This document shows, piece after piece, positions 48,816-61,819 of a stretch of 64,000 bases of DNA (its first letter is position 1; every line of letters begins with the position of its first letter). Under the pieces are notes generated by a model. It was not told the DNA's origin, searched no databases, and was given only the letters and a program-made list of their open reading frames with translations. A program made the position numbers and the translations under genes. The stretch comes from Macrostomum lignano (taxonomy: Eukaryota), in NCBI GenBank assembly GCA_002269645.1, contig NIVC01000445.1:186001-250000 (forward strand), given 5' to 3'.

Positions 48816-51800
48816 AATTTTTTTTGTCTTGGCGTGAAAAAGCTTTAATTAAAAAAACTCTACTCTCTAAAAATTCGAACCATCGTCCCTGCATTTAGCA
48901 GTTTAGTCTGTTTACCTCTAGGCTAGCTCTCATGAATTTTAGTCATTACCCCTAAATAGAAAATATTCCCAAGACAGCAAGCATCCCCCCAGTAGCAAGC
49001 ATCCCCTAATACTCCTAGCAAGCATCCACCCAGATAGCAAGCATCTGCAGATAGCAAGCATCTTGCAGATAGCAAGCATCTTGCAGATAGCAAGCATACC
49101 CCAAATAATGTAGAAGCATCCTTCCAGATAGCAAGCATCCCCCAAATAATGTAGAAGCATCCTTCCAGATAGCAAGCATCCTGCACATAGCAAGAATCCC
49201 TAAATAGCAAGCATCCCTGGATAGAAATAATCCTATACATGTAGCCAAGCTTATCAAGCGCAGTAATCCTTGGCTATCGAGTGCAGTAATCCTTGGTTTA
49301 TTAATAGCAATAATCCATGGCTTATCGAGTGCAGTAATTCTTGGTTTGCCAAGTGCAGTAAGTAATCCTTGGTTTATTAATAGCAATAATCCATGGCTTA
49401 TCGAGTGCAGTAATCCTTGGTTTATTAATAGCAATAATCCTTGGCTTATCGAGTGCAGTAATCCTTGGTTTATTAATAGCAATAATCCATGGCTTATCGA
49501 GTGCAGTAATCCTTGGTTTATTTATAGCAATAATCCTTGGCTTATCGAGTGCAGTAATCCTTGGTTTATTTATAGCAATAATCCTTGGCTTATCGAGTGC
49601 AGTAATCCTTGGTTTGCCAAGAGCAATAATCTTTAGCTTATCGAGTGCAGTAATCTAAGTGTTTTTATTTAGTCTTTAATAAAAGCTTTTAATAAAAAAT
49701 TTTACACTACTACTTAGATTCGAACCCAGGTCGCTGCATTAGCAGTCTGGTCTGTTCAGCTCTAGGCTAGCTCTCATCGAAGTTATCAGTGAATTTGTAC
49801 CACTTATATAATTCAACACTCACACCAAGTCAGGTAGAGTAAAAAGTCACACGAAGCAGTTATGACATAATCAATTTCTTAGGCAAGTCAGTACGAGTAC
49901 CAGTGTCTATGAAAGTTAACAATATGGTTACGTAATATAAATTCAGTACTGCACTATGCTTTCACACTCAAAGCTGTGACGCAATTCAATTGAGTGTCAA
50001 ATTCAGCCAGTACACAGACGATAAATAAAGTGTATTGTGATGCAATCTATTTCAGAATCAGAATTCAACCAGTCAGTTTTTTCTCTAGCATTTTTACAGT
50101 GCGTTTCAAGTCGAAATAGCTGCTTGACCTTTGCAAAAAAGCATGTTTTTCGAATATTTAATCCCTTTAGCATCGAGCGATTTCTTACCCACGATGCATG
50201 TACCGTCACGGAATAATTTCTGATCGAATGGTGCAAGTTCGAAGAAAATCGGTTGAGCCGTTTTTGCTAAAATCGATCACACACACACACACATACCGAC
50301 AGACCATTTTTAGTATATGGACTAGCAATCTTCGCCCCCCGATGGGGGACATCTAGATAGAATCTCTGTTCTCTACAAGTATCAATAAGATGGCCAAACA
50401 AAGCCTTCACATAGTCAATAGAAAAACTGCTCAGATGAAGTGCAATGCGAAAAGAAAACATCCTAAGACAGCAAGCATACCCCCAGATAGCAGGCACCCC
50501 CCAGATAGCAAGCACCTCCCAGATAGCAAGCATCCCCCCAGATAGCAAGCACCCCCCAGATAGCAGGCACCCCCAGATAGCAAGCATCCCCCAGATAGCA
50601 AGCACCCCAGATAGCAAGAACCCCCAGATAGCAAGCACCCCCCAGATAGCAAGCATCCCCCCAGATAGCAAGCACCCCCAGATAGCAGGCACCCCCAGAT
50701 AGCAAGCATCCCCCAGATAGCAAGCACCCCAGATAGCAAGCACCCCCAGATAGCAAGCACCCCAGATAGCAAGCGACCCCAGATAGCAAGCACCCCCAGA
50801 TAGCAAGCACCCCAGATAGCAAGCACCCCCAGATAGCAAGCGACCCCAGATAGCAGGCACCCCCAGATAGCAGGCACCCCAGATAGCAAGCACCCCAGAT
50901 AGCAAGCACCCCCAGATAGCAAGCACCCCAGATAGCAAGCACCCCCAAATAGCAAGCACCACCAGATAGCTAGCACCCCCAGATAGCAGGCACCCCCAGA
51001 TAGCAGGCACCCCCAGATAGCAAGCACCTCCAGATAGCAAGCACCACCAGATAGCAAGCACCCCCAGATAGCAGGCTCTCCCAGATAGCAAGCACCCCCA
51101 GATAGCAGGCGACATGGTGGCTTTTTACTGTTAGACATGGTGGCTCTTTAATGTTCGACATAGTGGCTCTTTAATGTTAGACATGGTGGCTCTTTAATGT
51201 TTGACATGGTGGTTCTTTAATGTTAGACATGGTGGCTCTTTAATGTCAGACATGGTGGCTCTTTAATGTTCGACATAGTGGCTCTTTAATGTTAGACATG
51301 GTGGCTCTTCTATGTTTGACATGGTGGCTCTTCTATTTTTGACATGGTGGCTCTTTAATGTTCGACATGGTGGTCCTTTAATTTTTGACATAGTGGCTCT
51401 TTACTGTTAGACATGGTGGCTCTTTAATGTTCGATATGGTGGCACTTTAATGCTTGACATCATGCCAGATTTATGTTTGACATGGTGGCCCTTTTTTATG
51501 TTTTACATGGTGGCTCTTTAATATTCGACATGGTGGTTCTTTAATGTTCGACATGGTGGCTCTTTAATGTCAGACATGGTGGCTCTTTAATGTTCGACAT
51601 AGTGGCTCTTTAATGTTAGACATGGTGGCTCTTCTATGTTTGACATGGTGGCTCTTCTATTTTTGACATGGTGGCTCTTTAATGTTCGACATGGTGGTCC
51701 TTTAATTTTTGACATAGTGGCTCTTTACTGTTAGACATGGTGGCTCTTTAATGTTCGATATGGTGGCACTTTAATGCTTGACATCATGCCAGATTTATGT

Positions 51801-52438
51801 TTGACATGGTGGCTCTTTAATGTTCGACTTGGTGGCTCTTTTAGGTTTGACATGGTGGCTCTTTAATGTTCGACATGGTGGTTCTTTAATGTTCTACATG
51901 GTGGCCCTTTAATGTTCGACATGGTGGCTCTTTAATGTTCGACATGGTGGCTCTTTTAGGTTTGACATGGTGGCTCTTTAATGTTCGACATGGTGGTTCT
52001 TTAATGTTCGACATGGTGGCTCTTTTATGTTCTACATGGTGGCCCTTTAATGTTCGACATGGTGGCTCTTTAATGTTCGATATGGTGGCACTTTAATGTT
52101 TGACATCATGCCAGATTTATGTTTGACATGGTGGCTCTTTTCTGTTAGACATGGTGGGTCTTTTTGGTTTGACATGATGGCACTTTTATGTTTTGACATG
52201 GCGGCTCTTTAATGTTTTACATGGTGGCTCTTTAATGTTCGACATGGTGGCTCTTTAATGTTCGACATGGTGGCTCTTTAATGTTAGAAATGGTGGCTCC
52301 TTAATGTTTCACATGGTGGCTCTTTAATGTTCGACATGGTGGCTCTTGACTTGACTTAGCTGCAGGGCTGTCCCGGAGGGGACACAGCGGGAAGGCGCGG
52401 GCGCCCATTCCGCTAGTCCCTGAACGGCCGACGCGTCG

Positions 52439-55400
52439 CTATGGACGGAGGGTTGGCGCCGCCCAGGGAGGTCCCCCAGTGTCGCCAGCAGCTATGGTGC
52501 TCTCTGGAAAGGAGAGTTCAGCCCTGCGGGTGGCCCGAAGGTAGCGCATGAGCTGATTAAAGTTTTCGGGTTTGCACGCTTCAGTAATAGATGTGTGTGG
52601 CCCGAGGTAAGTGAGTCTGGCCCGCGTGAAGGCGGGACAGATGCTGACGAAATGCTCAGCGGTTTCGTCACCTGAGTTGCAGAAACTACAGGTGGCGTTG
52701 GTGGCGTTGCCCTGCAGGTACTGGTGCCTGGAGAAGCAGCCGTGACCAGAGAGGGTCATGGTGGCAGCCCGGATGTCTCTGCGCGAGAGGCGCAAGAGGA
52801 GCTTCCGGAGCTGGTGAGAGGGCTGAGGGACAGCGCCTCTGGTTTGCCTGCAGTTCGTGCGGTTCGCCCAAGTCGAGCGGTGCTGAGTCCTGATCCACGC
52901 TTTGATGCGCGAGTCGATGACACAGCCAGGAATCGGGACAAGAGGTTCGGGGCCGAGAGAGGAGCCGGAGGCACCAACTTTTGCAAGGGTGTCAGCCAAC
53001 TCATTTCCTCGGATCCCCACATGCCCCGGAACCCACTTAAGGGTAATTTTGTTGGCGGAACCCAACACATTGAGGAGTTTGATACAGTCAAGGACTGTAG
53101 CAGAGTTGGTGCTGCAGCCACTGATGGCGTGCAAGGCAGCTTGGCTGTCCGAATGGAAAATGATGTTCTTACCAGTAACGCCAGTGGCGAGAAGCTCTGC
53201 AGTGCAGGAGCTGATGGCCAGAACTTCATTTTGGAAAACACTGGAGTTGACCCCAGTGTATTGAGCGTGGGTAGCGATGACCCTCCCGTTCAGAAAGATT
53301 CCAACACCAAAGCCGGTGTTGGCTGACTGCTTAGAACCGTCGGTGTAGCAATGAAGCTCACCAGGGTTCCAATGGTCATTGATGTTATCGCGCGAGTCGA
53401 TAGCTACGGAGTAGCGCTGTCTCAGGTTGAGCGTTGAGGCAATGCCATCGGTGAAGACGCGATTGGCCTGACACTCGTTGAGAAAGTTGAGGCACAGATC
53501 GCTATGCGGGACAAGGTTCCGCTTAGCAGGTGCTCTCATGTAAATGAATTTGACGCCGGCATCAATTAGACGCCGCGTCGTTCTAGCCGCCTCACCCCTG
53601 ATGAAGAGGTCAAGAGGCGGAAGATTAAGAAAGGCCCCCATGCCAGCAAAGGGCGTGGACCTGGTGGCGTTGCAGATGAGCCTACACGCTCTGCCTTGGA
53701 TCGTGTTGAGCAGGTCTGCATGGCTTTTGACCTGGGTAGCGCTAACCCAGACAACAGAGGCGTACGTAATGGCAGGTCTAACTACGGAAGTATAGATCCA
53801 CCAAAGCCGCTTTGGGGATAGACCCCAAGAAGTGCCAAGTGCTCGTCGGAGCTGGGCCAGGATGGCTGAGGCACGCTTAGCTTTTGCTTTCACGTGGAAG
53901 GACCAGTTGAGCCGGTGGTCAAGTGTGACCCCGAGACATCTGGTCTGGTGCGCGAAGGCAATATCTCTGCCGTAGAGCTGCAGAGGACGTATGTTCCAGC
54001 GTAGTCTGCTGGTAAACATAATGGCAACGGTTTTGGGCTCAGAGAGTTCCAAACCATTGTCATTGGCCCAGGATTCTGCTTTGCGGATAAAGCTCTGCAT
54101 CAGATCCCTGAGCGTGCTGGGAGACGGTCCTGCCACAATGGCCGTGACGTCATCAGCATACCCGACTTTGAAGACGGGGTCAGGTCGGGAGTCACTCAGA
54201 AGAGCGTCCATGACCAGGTTCCAGAGCGTCGGGGTGAGGACTCCGCCTTGGGGTCCACCCTTACAGACTCTGGTGGAGGCAGTTTGCCCAAGAAGTTGGG
54301 CAGTGACCGTACGGTTGGAGATCATGTACATGATCCACCGTATGAGGGTAGCATGAGCTTTGCGATTTTGAAGGGCCCTCTGAAACGCTTCAAAGATAAC
54401 GTTGTCGAAGGCGCCAACAATGTCAAGAAAGAGAGCCAGGGCGTAACCGTCACCCAGTACCGCCCGTTCAATCTTTTCGACAATCGCATGCAGGGCGCTG
54501 TCAGTCGACCTCCCGGTACGGAAGGCGTGCTGATTATTGCTGAGGGGCATCGCTGTCAGCTCGCAGGAGAGCAGCCGCCAGAGAATAAGCCTCTCAGTGA
54601 GCTTAAGCATTGCTGACGTTAAGCTAATTGGCCGGAAGGCCTTGACGCTTTGGTAGTCACCCTTCCCAGGTTTGGGAATAAAGACTACTCGAGCTTCAGT
54701 CCAGCTTTTGGGAACGTATCCCAGCTGGATAGAGGCCCGCATAAGATTGCGGGTGAGTCTCAGGAACGAGGGTATCTTGGCTGCTTCACGAAGGAGAACA
54801 GGGTAGATACCATCAGGTCCAGGAGATTTGAAGGGTTTGAAGGTTCTGACCGCACGAGCGATTAGGTCTTCAGTGACAATGCCCGCCGCTAGGGTGGCTC
54901 CATCCATCGAATGGTTGGGCTCCGGTCTAGCAGTAGGTACCCTCGGGAAGAATGTGCTAAGCATATGCTGAAGCACTTCTTCAGGGTCTTTAGTAAGAGA
55001 GCCATCATCTTTTTTATCATGGCTAATTTGGACATTTTGTCCATTGTAAGGGCCTTGACAAGCCTAGAAGTAGGTCTGTCTTGATCCAATTCATTGCAGA
55101 ATTGGCGCCACTTACATTCCTTGGCCTTGCGCACTTCAGATTTGAAATTGCGGGAGGCTTGCCGGAAAAGCTCCATGTCCTCCGGGTTTCCGGTCTTCAT
55201 GGCACGGCGATGAAGGCTTTTGGCCTTCCGCCTGAGTTTCCCCAGCTCCGGGTTCCACCACGGCGCCGAGGTCTTGCCTCTGTAGGCGCGAGCAGGACAA
55301 GCCGCTTCGTAGGCTGCAATAATGCAACCTGTCAGCGTCTCAGCCATATGATCCACATCCTCGCAGGTCTCAATCGGACGTAAGTCCGTGAGTTCCTGCA

Positions 55401-56177
55401 GGTGCAGATCAAGGGCAGCCTTGTAGGCCGCCCAATCAGTGTTGCGGATATTGCGTCTCCAAGTGATCGGAGACTGGGTTTTAGTGTCCGCGATATTAAA
55501 GGCGATAAAGCAGTGGTCAGACAGGGAGGGCTCCTCAGACCAGACTCTCCACTCCTTGACTCTGTCAAAGAGTCTTGGGGTAACGAGTGTGGCGTCGAGG
55601 ACCTCGGTCCATCTGCCATTATTAAAGGTAGGAGTGCTGCCGCGGTTGCAGAGCATGAGGTTTGTGTTAGAGATGAGGGCCAGAAGCTCCTCTCCTCTAG
55701 TGTTGGTATCTTTGCTGCCCCAGTGCTTGTGGTGCGCGTTGAGGTCGCCCCCTAAGCACAGCTCAGCGTTCTGGGACTCGCAGTACTGCGCAAGGCGCAG
55801 TAAACTCTCGGAGCAGGGTCTCTGTCGCCTGGGATATAAACCGAGGCAACAAGACACGTACGCGGAGAGAAATGATTAGATTGGATGACGCAAAGGTCTC
55901 CATCAGAGAGATCAGTCCTCAGCCAAGCCTGGAGATGGCTAGCAGCGAGGATAGCCGCTCTAGGGCGGCTGTTCCCCGGGCCACACACATAAAAATCAGA
56001 GTAGCCAGAGGGAATGTTGGGCAACTTACCGTTGCGCATCCAGGGTTCCTGGATCAGGATGAGGCCTGGCCTGTACAGCTCAGCAATCTTCATCAGATTT
56101 ACTGACGCAGATACGCAATGCTGTAAATTTATTTGCAGACAGAATGTCGCTCCTTTGGCAGCGTGGAGCTTAGTCAT
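52439..56177 (-). CDS. LOA ORF2 (pol), split by two single-base frameshifts (~55810, ~55012)
   Basis: APE QINLQH/IQEPW, GGDLNAHH, SDH; RT FRPISLTS, QHAFRTGRST, PQGGVLTP, YADD; RNase H YTDGSK, E, DSQAA, GNELAD; C-terminal CSFC...HFVSIC. Confidence 0.9.
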
Positions 56178-56216
56178 ACTGTATTAAATGCAATATCTGG
56201 CTAGAGCCCAGGGCCA

Positions 56217-57777
56217 TCAAGGAGACTTGGACAACAGATCGTCCTCGTCCCAGGCCGCTGGGGCTTGACTGGGAGATGGGAGTTGGTCGACGTCCATGGC
56301 CTCCTCACCCCCACCGGCCCCCCAGCAGAGTCCTCAGGCTCCGATGACAGGATGGAGGAAGCTCCTCACCTGCATCTTTACCTTCAGACCCCACCAAGGT
56401 GGCCGAGGAGAGCTCGGATTCCGAAGACCCGGCCTCGTCCTCAACTCCTTCTCCGACTGGCAGGTTTGGTTCCCGGGGCTCGGCCGGAGCCGTTACCGCG
56501 GTCGCCGAACTGCTGCTAGCAGAGGGGCGAGATGCAGCTTTGGCTTTGGGATCGGCTTGCGCCTTTCCTTGGGCCTTAGACTGCGCCCCGCTCTTGCCGG
56601 AGATGCCGGGGTTGGCAGTAGCCTTCCCTTTGGCAGACTTTCCTCGGCGCAACTTGAGCTTGAGGGCACCCAGCTGGAAAGAGGATCCATTAGGGTACCG
56701 ACTCGCCCAAGTGCTGGAAAGGCCGAGGACAATTGAGTTGCCCGTCTCCCCCCTGCGGACTTTGCGGTGATACACCAGTCCACTAGCAGGGAGGTCGGGG
56801 TTCAGACGCAGTAGGACCCGGCGAATAACGTCTGGTCCAGCTGCGGTGCTCTTAGCAGGGACGAAAACCACATAAGGTATCGTCTTTGGACGCTGGCCCT
56901 CGCGAAGAAAAAGAGCTCCACCAAGGTCAGCATCCAAGGAGACCGTCGGTAGCCGCTGGAGCAGCCGCCGAGCGTCCTCCTCGCTGCTAGGAGCAATAAG
57001 AACGAATGTGCTTCGCAGCACCATCCGCTCAACGCCGATGGAGATTCCCTCCTCGACAGTCAGCTCAATCAGATAGGAGTCAACAGCACTCCACACTTTT
57101 TGAAGCTGATCAGTGGTCCAGTCCTGGTCGCGACCTTGGATGATCACTCCCGGGATTTTGGCCTTGGCCTTCGCCGCAAAGGTAGCTCCCGAAGGAACCT
57201 CCTTGTTGGCAGTGGCCATTTGTTGCGCCGTGGTTTCGGCCTCAGCAGCCGCGGCAGCAGCTCCAGGGAGCGCCGCCGCTGAACTACTGGAGCTTCCACC
57301 GGCCGGCCCGCCTGGTTGCCTTGGGACTCCAGTCGCTTCAGCATCCATGGTGGACGCCGCCGCTTTGGCCCCCGCAGCTCCCTTCTTGGCCTGCCTTTTG
57401 GCGCGTTGTTTAGCGCGTTTGCGCTCAAGCCGAGCCCGCTGAGCTTCATCGGATCTGCCAGATTTGGCCGGTCCTTTAGGCTCAGAGCTCGCGGTTCCCT
57501 TAGATCCACCAGCGGAGCTGGCAGGTCTTAGGGTATTTTGAGTTTGGTAGCTCTGGTCGGATCTGCCAGCAGAGCCAGCCGGTCCTTCCTTTGCCACAGT
57601 TGAATCAGTCGGTTGGGATCTGCCAGCAGGGCCGGCCGGTCCTTCGGACTGAGGTTGGGGTTTAGAAGGGTCCCCGTCCCTAGAAATAGCTTGTTTATCC
57701 ATAGTCGGCTCGAAGGCCATGATAAAAGGTTGGTGGGCTACCCTCAAAGGGGCGCGGTACCCACCCGGCCGCTCCAC
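56217..57777 (-). CDS. LOA ORF1 (gag-like, no CCHC knuckle seen); frameshift near 56310 leads to an acidic C-terminus ...MDVDQLPSP...DEDDLLSKSP*
   Basis: 490-aa ORF directly upstream of ORF2; IRRVLLRLNPDL segment recalls DUF4780-type LOA ORF1 (from memory, not searched). Start codon uncertain (57777, 57720 or 57702). Confidence 0.75.
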
Positions 57778-60483
57778 CTGACCGGGCAGTAGGCCAATAG
57801 CACCCTCAAGGCTGGCCCGACACCAGGAGGGGGACCGCTTGCGACCGGACTACTCCCCGGCCTTCCAGCCCATCGGCACGGTCAACACCTTAGGCATTAG
57901 AGAGTACGTTGAGCAGTACCACGGCCTGCAGGTTGGCGAGCCAGACCCGCATACCCAAATTCGGCCGAAGCCACTGGATAGGGTCGCCAGCGCCGGAGCC
58001 CAGTCTGTCCAGCAGCCCTAGGGACTGCCTTGAACACACGCGGGGACGAGTACCCTGGGTCGACTTGCGAGACAGCGTGGGGGGGGTCTGCGGCTGCCAG
58101 AGGCAAATAGAGGGTGCAGACCTCCCACCAGCCTTGACCTGCTGAAGATAGGGGCAGGCGTGAAGCATCGCAGACCTTAGCCCATGGGCCTAGTCTGTCT
58201 CATACTTCACTGGCATGCTGAATACGCCTTCGCGTGCGACATGGTGGCTCTTTAATGTTTGACATAAAGTCACATATATGTTTGACATGGTGGCTCTTAA
58301 ATGTTTGACATAGTGGCTCTTTAATGTTCGACATGGTGGCTCTTAAATGTTTGACATGGTGGCTCTTTATTATTCTACATGGTGGCTCTTTTATGTTCCA
58401 CATGGTGGCTCTTTAATGTTCTTCATGGTATAGCTCTTTTATGTTAGACATGGTGGCTCTTTAATGTTCGACATAGTGGCTTTTTAAGGTTTGAAATGGT
58501 AACTCTTTAATGTTTGACATAAAGTCACATATATGTTTGACATGGTGGCTCCTAAATGTTTGACATGGTGGTTCTTTATGTTTTGACATGGTGGCTCTTT
58601 TATGTTCGACATGGTGGCTCTTTTATGTTTGACATGGTGGCTCTTTAATGTTCGACAAAGTGGCTCTTTAATGTTTAACATGGTGGCTCTTAAATGTTTG
58701 ACATGGTGGCTCTTTAATGTTCGACATGGTGGCTCTTTAATGTTCGAAATGGTGGCTCTTAAATGTTTGACATGGTGGCTCTTTAATATTCTACATGGTG
58801 GCTCTTTTATGTTCCACATGGTGGCTCTTTAATGTTCTTAATGGTATAGCTCTTTTATGTTAGACATGGTGGCTCTTTAATGTTCGACATAGTGGCTTTT
58901 TAAGGTTTGAAATGGTAGCTCTTTAATGTTTGACATAAAGTCACATATATGTTTGACATGGTGGCTCCTAAATGTTTGACATGGTGGTTCTTTATGTTTT
59001 GACATGGTGGCTCTTTTATGTTCGACATGGTGGCTCTTTTATGTTTGACATGGTGGCTCTTTAATGTTCGACAAAGTGGCTCTTTAATGTTTGACATGGT
59101 GGCTCTTAAATGTTTGACATGGTGGCTCTTTAATGTTCGACATGGTGGCTCTTTAATGTTCGAAATGGTGGCTCTTAAATGTTCGACATGGTGGCTCTTT
59201 AATGTTTGACATGGTGGCTTCTAATTGTTTGACATGGTGGCTCTTAAATGTTCAAAATGGTGGCTCTTTAATGTTCGAAATGGTGGCTCTTTAATGTTCG
59301 AAATGGTGGCTCTTTAATGTTTGACATTGTGGCTCTTTTATGTTCGACATGGTGGCTCTTTTATGTTTGACATGTTGGCTCTTTTATGTTTGACAGGGTG
59401 GCTCTTAAATGTTTGACATGGTGGCTCTTAAATCTTTGACATGGAACCTTCTAAATGTTTGACATGGTGGCTCTTTAATGTTCTTCATGGTGGCTCTTTT
59501 ATGTTTGACATGGTGGCTCTTTATTGTTCGACATGGTGGCTCTTCTATGTTTGATATGGTAACTCTTTTATGTTCGATATGTTGGCTCTTCTATGTTTGA
59601 CATTGCGCTTCTTTGATGTTTAGCAGTTTTGTTGTGTTTTAAAGGTGTTTTAATAAAAAAAATCTTTTTGCACTACTAAGATTCGAACCCAGGTCGCTAC
59701 ATTAGCATTCCAGTCTGTTCGCATCAGGGCTATCTCTTTTCAATTGGAGAACATGAATTGTGGCCCTTATAATTCAATTCTTACAGCAAGTCAATTGGAG
59801 TAAAAAGTTATGACATAATCAATTTCTCAGTCAGCCAGTATCAGTCTCAATTTAAGTTAGCAATATGGTTACGCAATTTCAATCAAGTCGTGTGTGCATT
59901 TCTTCGGCACTGTTTTCAACTTGTTGTGATGCAATCTTTATCACAATCGGAATTCAGTCAGTCAGTTTTTTCTCTAGCATTCTTACAATGCATTTCAAAG
60001 TCGAAAATTTGGCTTGACCTTTGCAAAAAAGCATGTTTTTCGAATATTTAATCCCTTTAACATTGAGCAATTTCTTAGCCAAGATGCATGTACCGTGCCA
60101 GGAATATTTCTGATCGAATGGTGCAAGTTTGAAGAAAATCGGTTGAGCCATTTTTTCTGAAATCTATCGCATAGCTACAGACATTTCATTTTTAGTATAT
60201 GGGAATAGCAATCTACGCCCCCCGTTGGGGAGCCAAAGAAATGCAATACACGTATTTTTAATAAGCTACATGTAGCCTTGAAATCTTAAAAAATCTCCTG
60301 TCAAAATTCTAACCCTAACCAAAACCCTAAATTCAATATTTTGTCCATGAGTTTTTGCATGATCGATGCTTCTATGATTTTTGGCATGACGCTTCCATTG
60401 TTTTTGCATGACGCTTCCATTATTTTTGCATGATGCTTCCATGATAAACATTTTTAATAAGCTAAATGAGTTAAGTTATAAGC

Positions 60484-60907
60484 TACCCTAACCCTAACCC
60501 TAACCCGAATCTTAACGCAATAACCCTGAACCTAACCCTAAACCTAAACCCTAATACCAACCCTAACACTAACCCTACAGCCTGACATCTGCATAAGTTT
60601 GTGAAGAGCTAGTAGTATTTTTTAGCTTAGTATCTTAGCGTTAGGGAGCCAAAAATACAGTACAAGTTTTGTAATAAACTACATGTAGCATCTCTTTGCA
60701 ATATACCTCAGAAGTCCCTTGTAAGCCTTGAAATGTCAGTAATTCCCCCCACAAGCTTTAACAAATCAACTCCCCCCTTGACATCTCAGCGATGCCCCAA
60801 ATAAGCCTTGAAGTCTAAAAAAATCTGTCAACCTTCTTACCCTAACCCTAGCCTAACCCTAACCCTAACCCTAGCCTAACCCTAACCCTAACCCTAACCT
60901 AACCCTA
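60484..60907 (-). repeat. Interstitial telomere-like tracts (60484-60577 degenerate; 60840-60907 mostly CTAACC)
   Basis: Direct reading. Confidence 0.85.
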
Positions 60908-61819
60908 AAGCATTGAAATTTCAGTAATTCTGAGTCATTATAGCACTACTACAGCGTTATAGCGATTCCCTCGTAGGGATTCCCAAATGAATCTCTTCGC
61001 TTCGACATGAAGCTTCTTTTATTTTTTACATTATGCTTTTTCTATCAGTGAGCCCTGAGGAGCCAACAAAAATGTAATAAAAAGTTTTCATTAAACTACA
61101 TGTAGCTTCTGACTTTAGCCTTGAAATCTCATTTATACCCCCGTGAGCCTTCACATCTCAGCTATTCCCCCGTAAGCCTTGACATGTCAGCGATGCCCCC
61201 CATAAATCTTGAAATCTAAAAAAATCCCCTGTTAACCTTGAAACCCGATAAAATATAACCCTCAACCCACACCTGACCTAAACCTAACTTTAACCCAACC
61301 TAAAGCCTTGAAATCTCAGCAATTCTTCTCCCCTAAGCCTTGGCATTTTAGTGTTTCCTTCTTTAAGAATCACAGCACTATAACGATTTCCACCAAGCTT
61401 TGACATTGTAGCAATTCCCAAATGAATCTTTTAACTTCGACATGACTTTTCTTATATGTATACATAGTGCTACTTTTATTTTTTACATGACTCTGCTTCT
61501 ATCAGCGCCCCCCTGTGGCGAGCCAACAATGAATGTAATAAAAATTGAGTAAAGTACATGAACTTTGAAGTAGCTTCTGACTTTTGCTTTGACATCTCAG
61601 AAACCCCCCCCCCCTCACCTGTAATCTCAGTTATTCTCTGTGAGCCTTGACGTCTCAGTAATTCTCCCCAGCACAGCACTGTACTATAGCTTCATTTAAT
61701 TTTTATATGACACCTTTCATGTCTGACATGGCGCTTCTTTTGATTTTTACATGACGCTTCTTTTATTCTTCCATTATTCTTCTTAATTTTTTAAATGACA
61801 CTTTCATTAGTTTTTATAT

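Larger units (their letters stand above)
46653..50321 (-). mobile_element. Non-autonomous Helitron H2, unit D (3669 bp), chimeric
   Basis: CTAG|TC junction at 50321/50322; A-type core with 24-bp and 18-bp remnants joined to F-type cargo; two tRNA-like cassettes. Confidence 0.75.
52348..58236 (-). mobile_element. LOA-clade (Lian/Baggins-like) non-LTR retrotransposon, full length (~5.9 kb)
   Basis: ORF1 + APE-RT-RNase H-CCHC ORF2; (AAGTC)n tail; flanked by CGACATGGTGGCTCTT at 52332-52347 and 58237-58252. Confidence 0.88.
50322..60204 (-). mobile_element. Non-autonomous Helitron H2, unit E (~3978 bp without the LINE and its TSD): 18-bp array (~50465-51110) + 23-bp array (~51110-59620)
   Basis: B/C-type core at ~59640-60204; 5' TCCCATATACT. 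Confidence 0.78.

Noticed and set aside
55005-55020. Programmed -1 frameshift at A_AAA_AAG in LOA ORF2
   Set aside because: The heptamer is in frame, but other breaks of the same single-base type occur without slippery sites, so sequencing error or mutation is more parsimonious. Identical A6 in all copies and accurate reads would reopen it.
57780-58236. HDV-like ribozyme in the LOA 5' UTR (known for Baggins)
   Set aside because: The first ~90 nt form nested hairpins (AGGCGU/ACGCCU, AGCAU/AUGCU, CAGAC/GUCUG), but I could not build the pseudoknot order or find an L3 consensus by hand.
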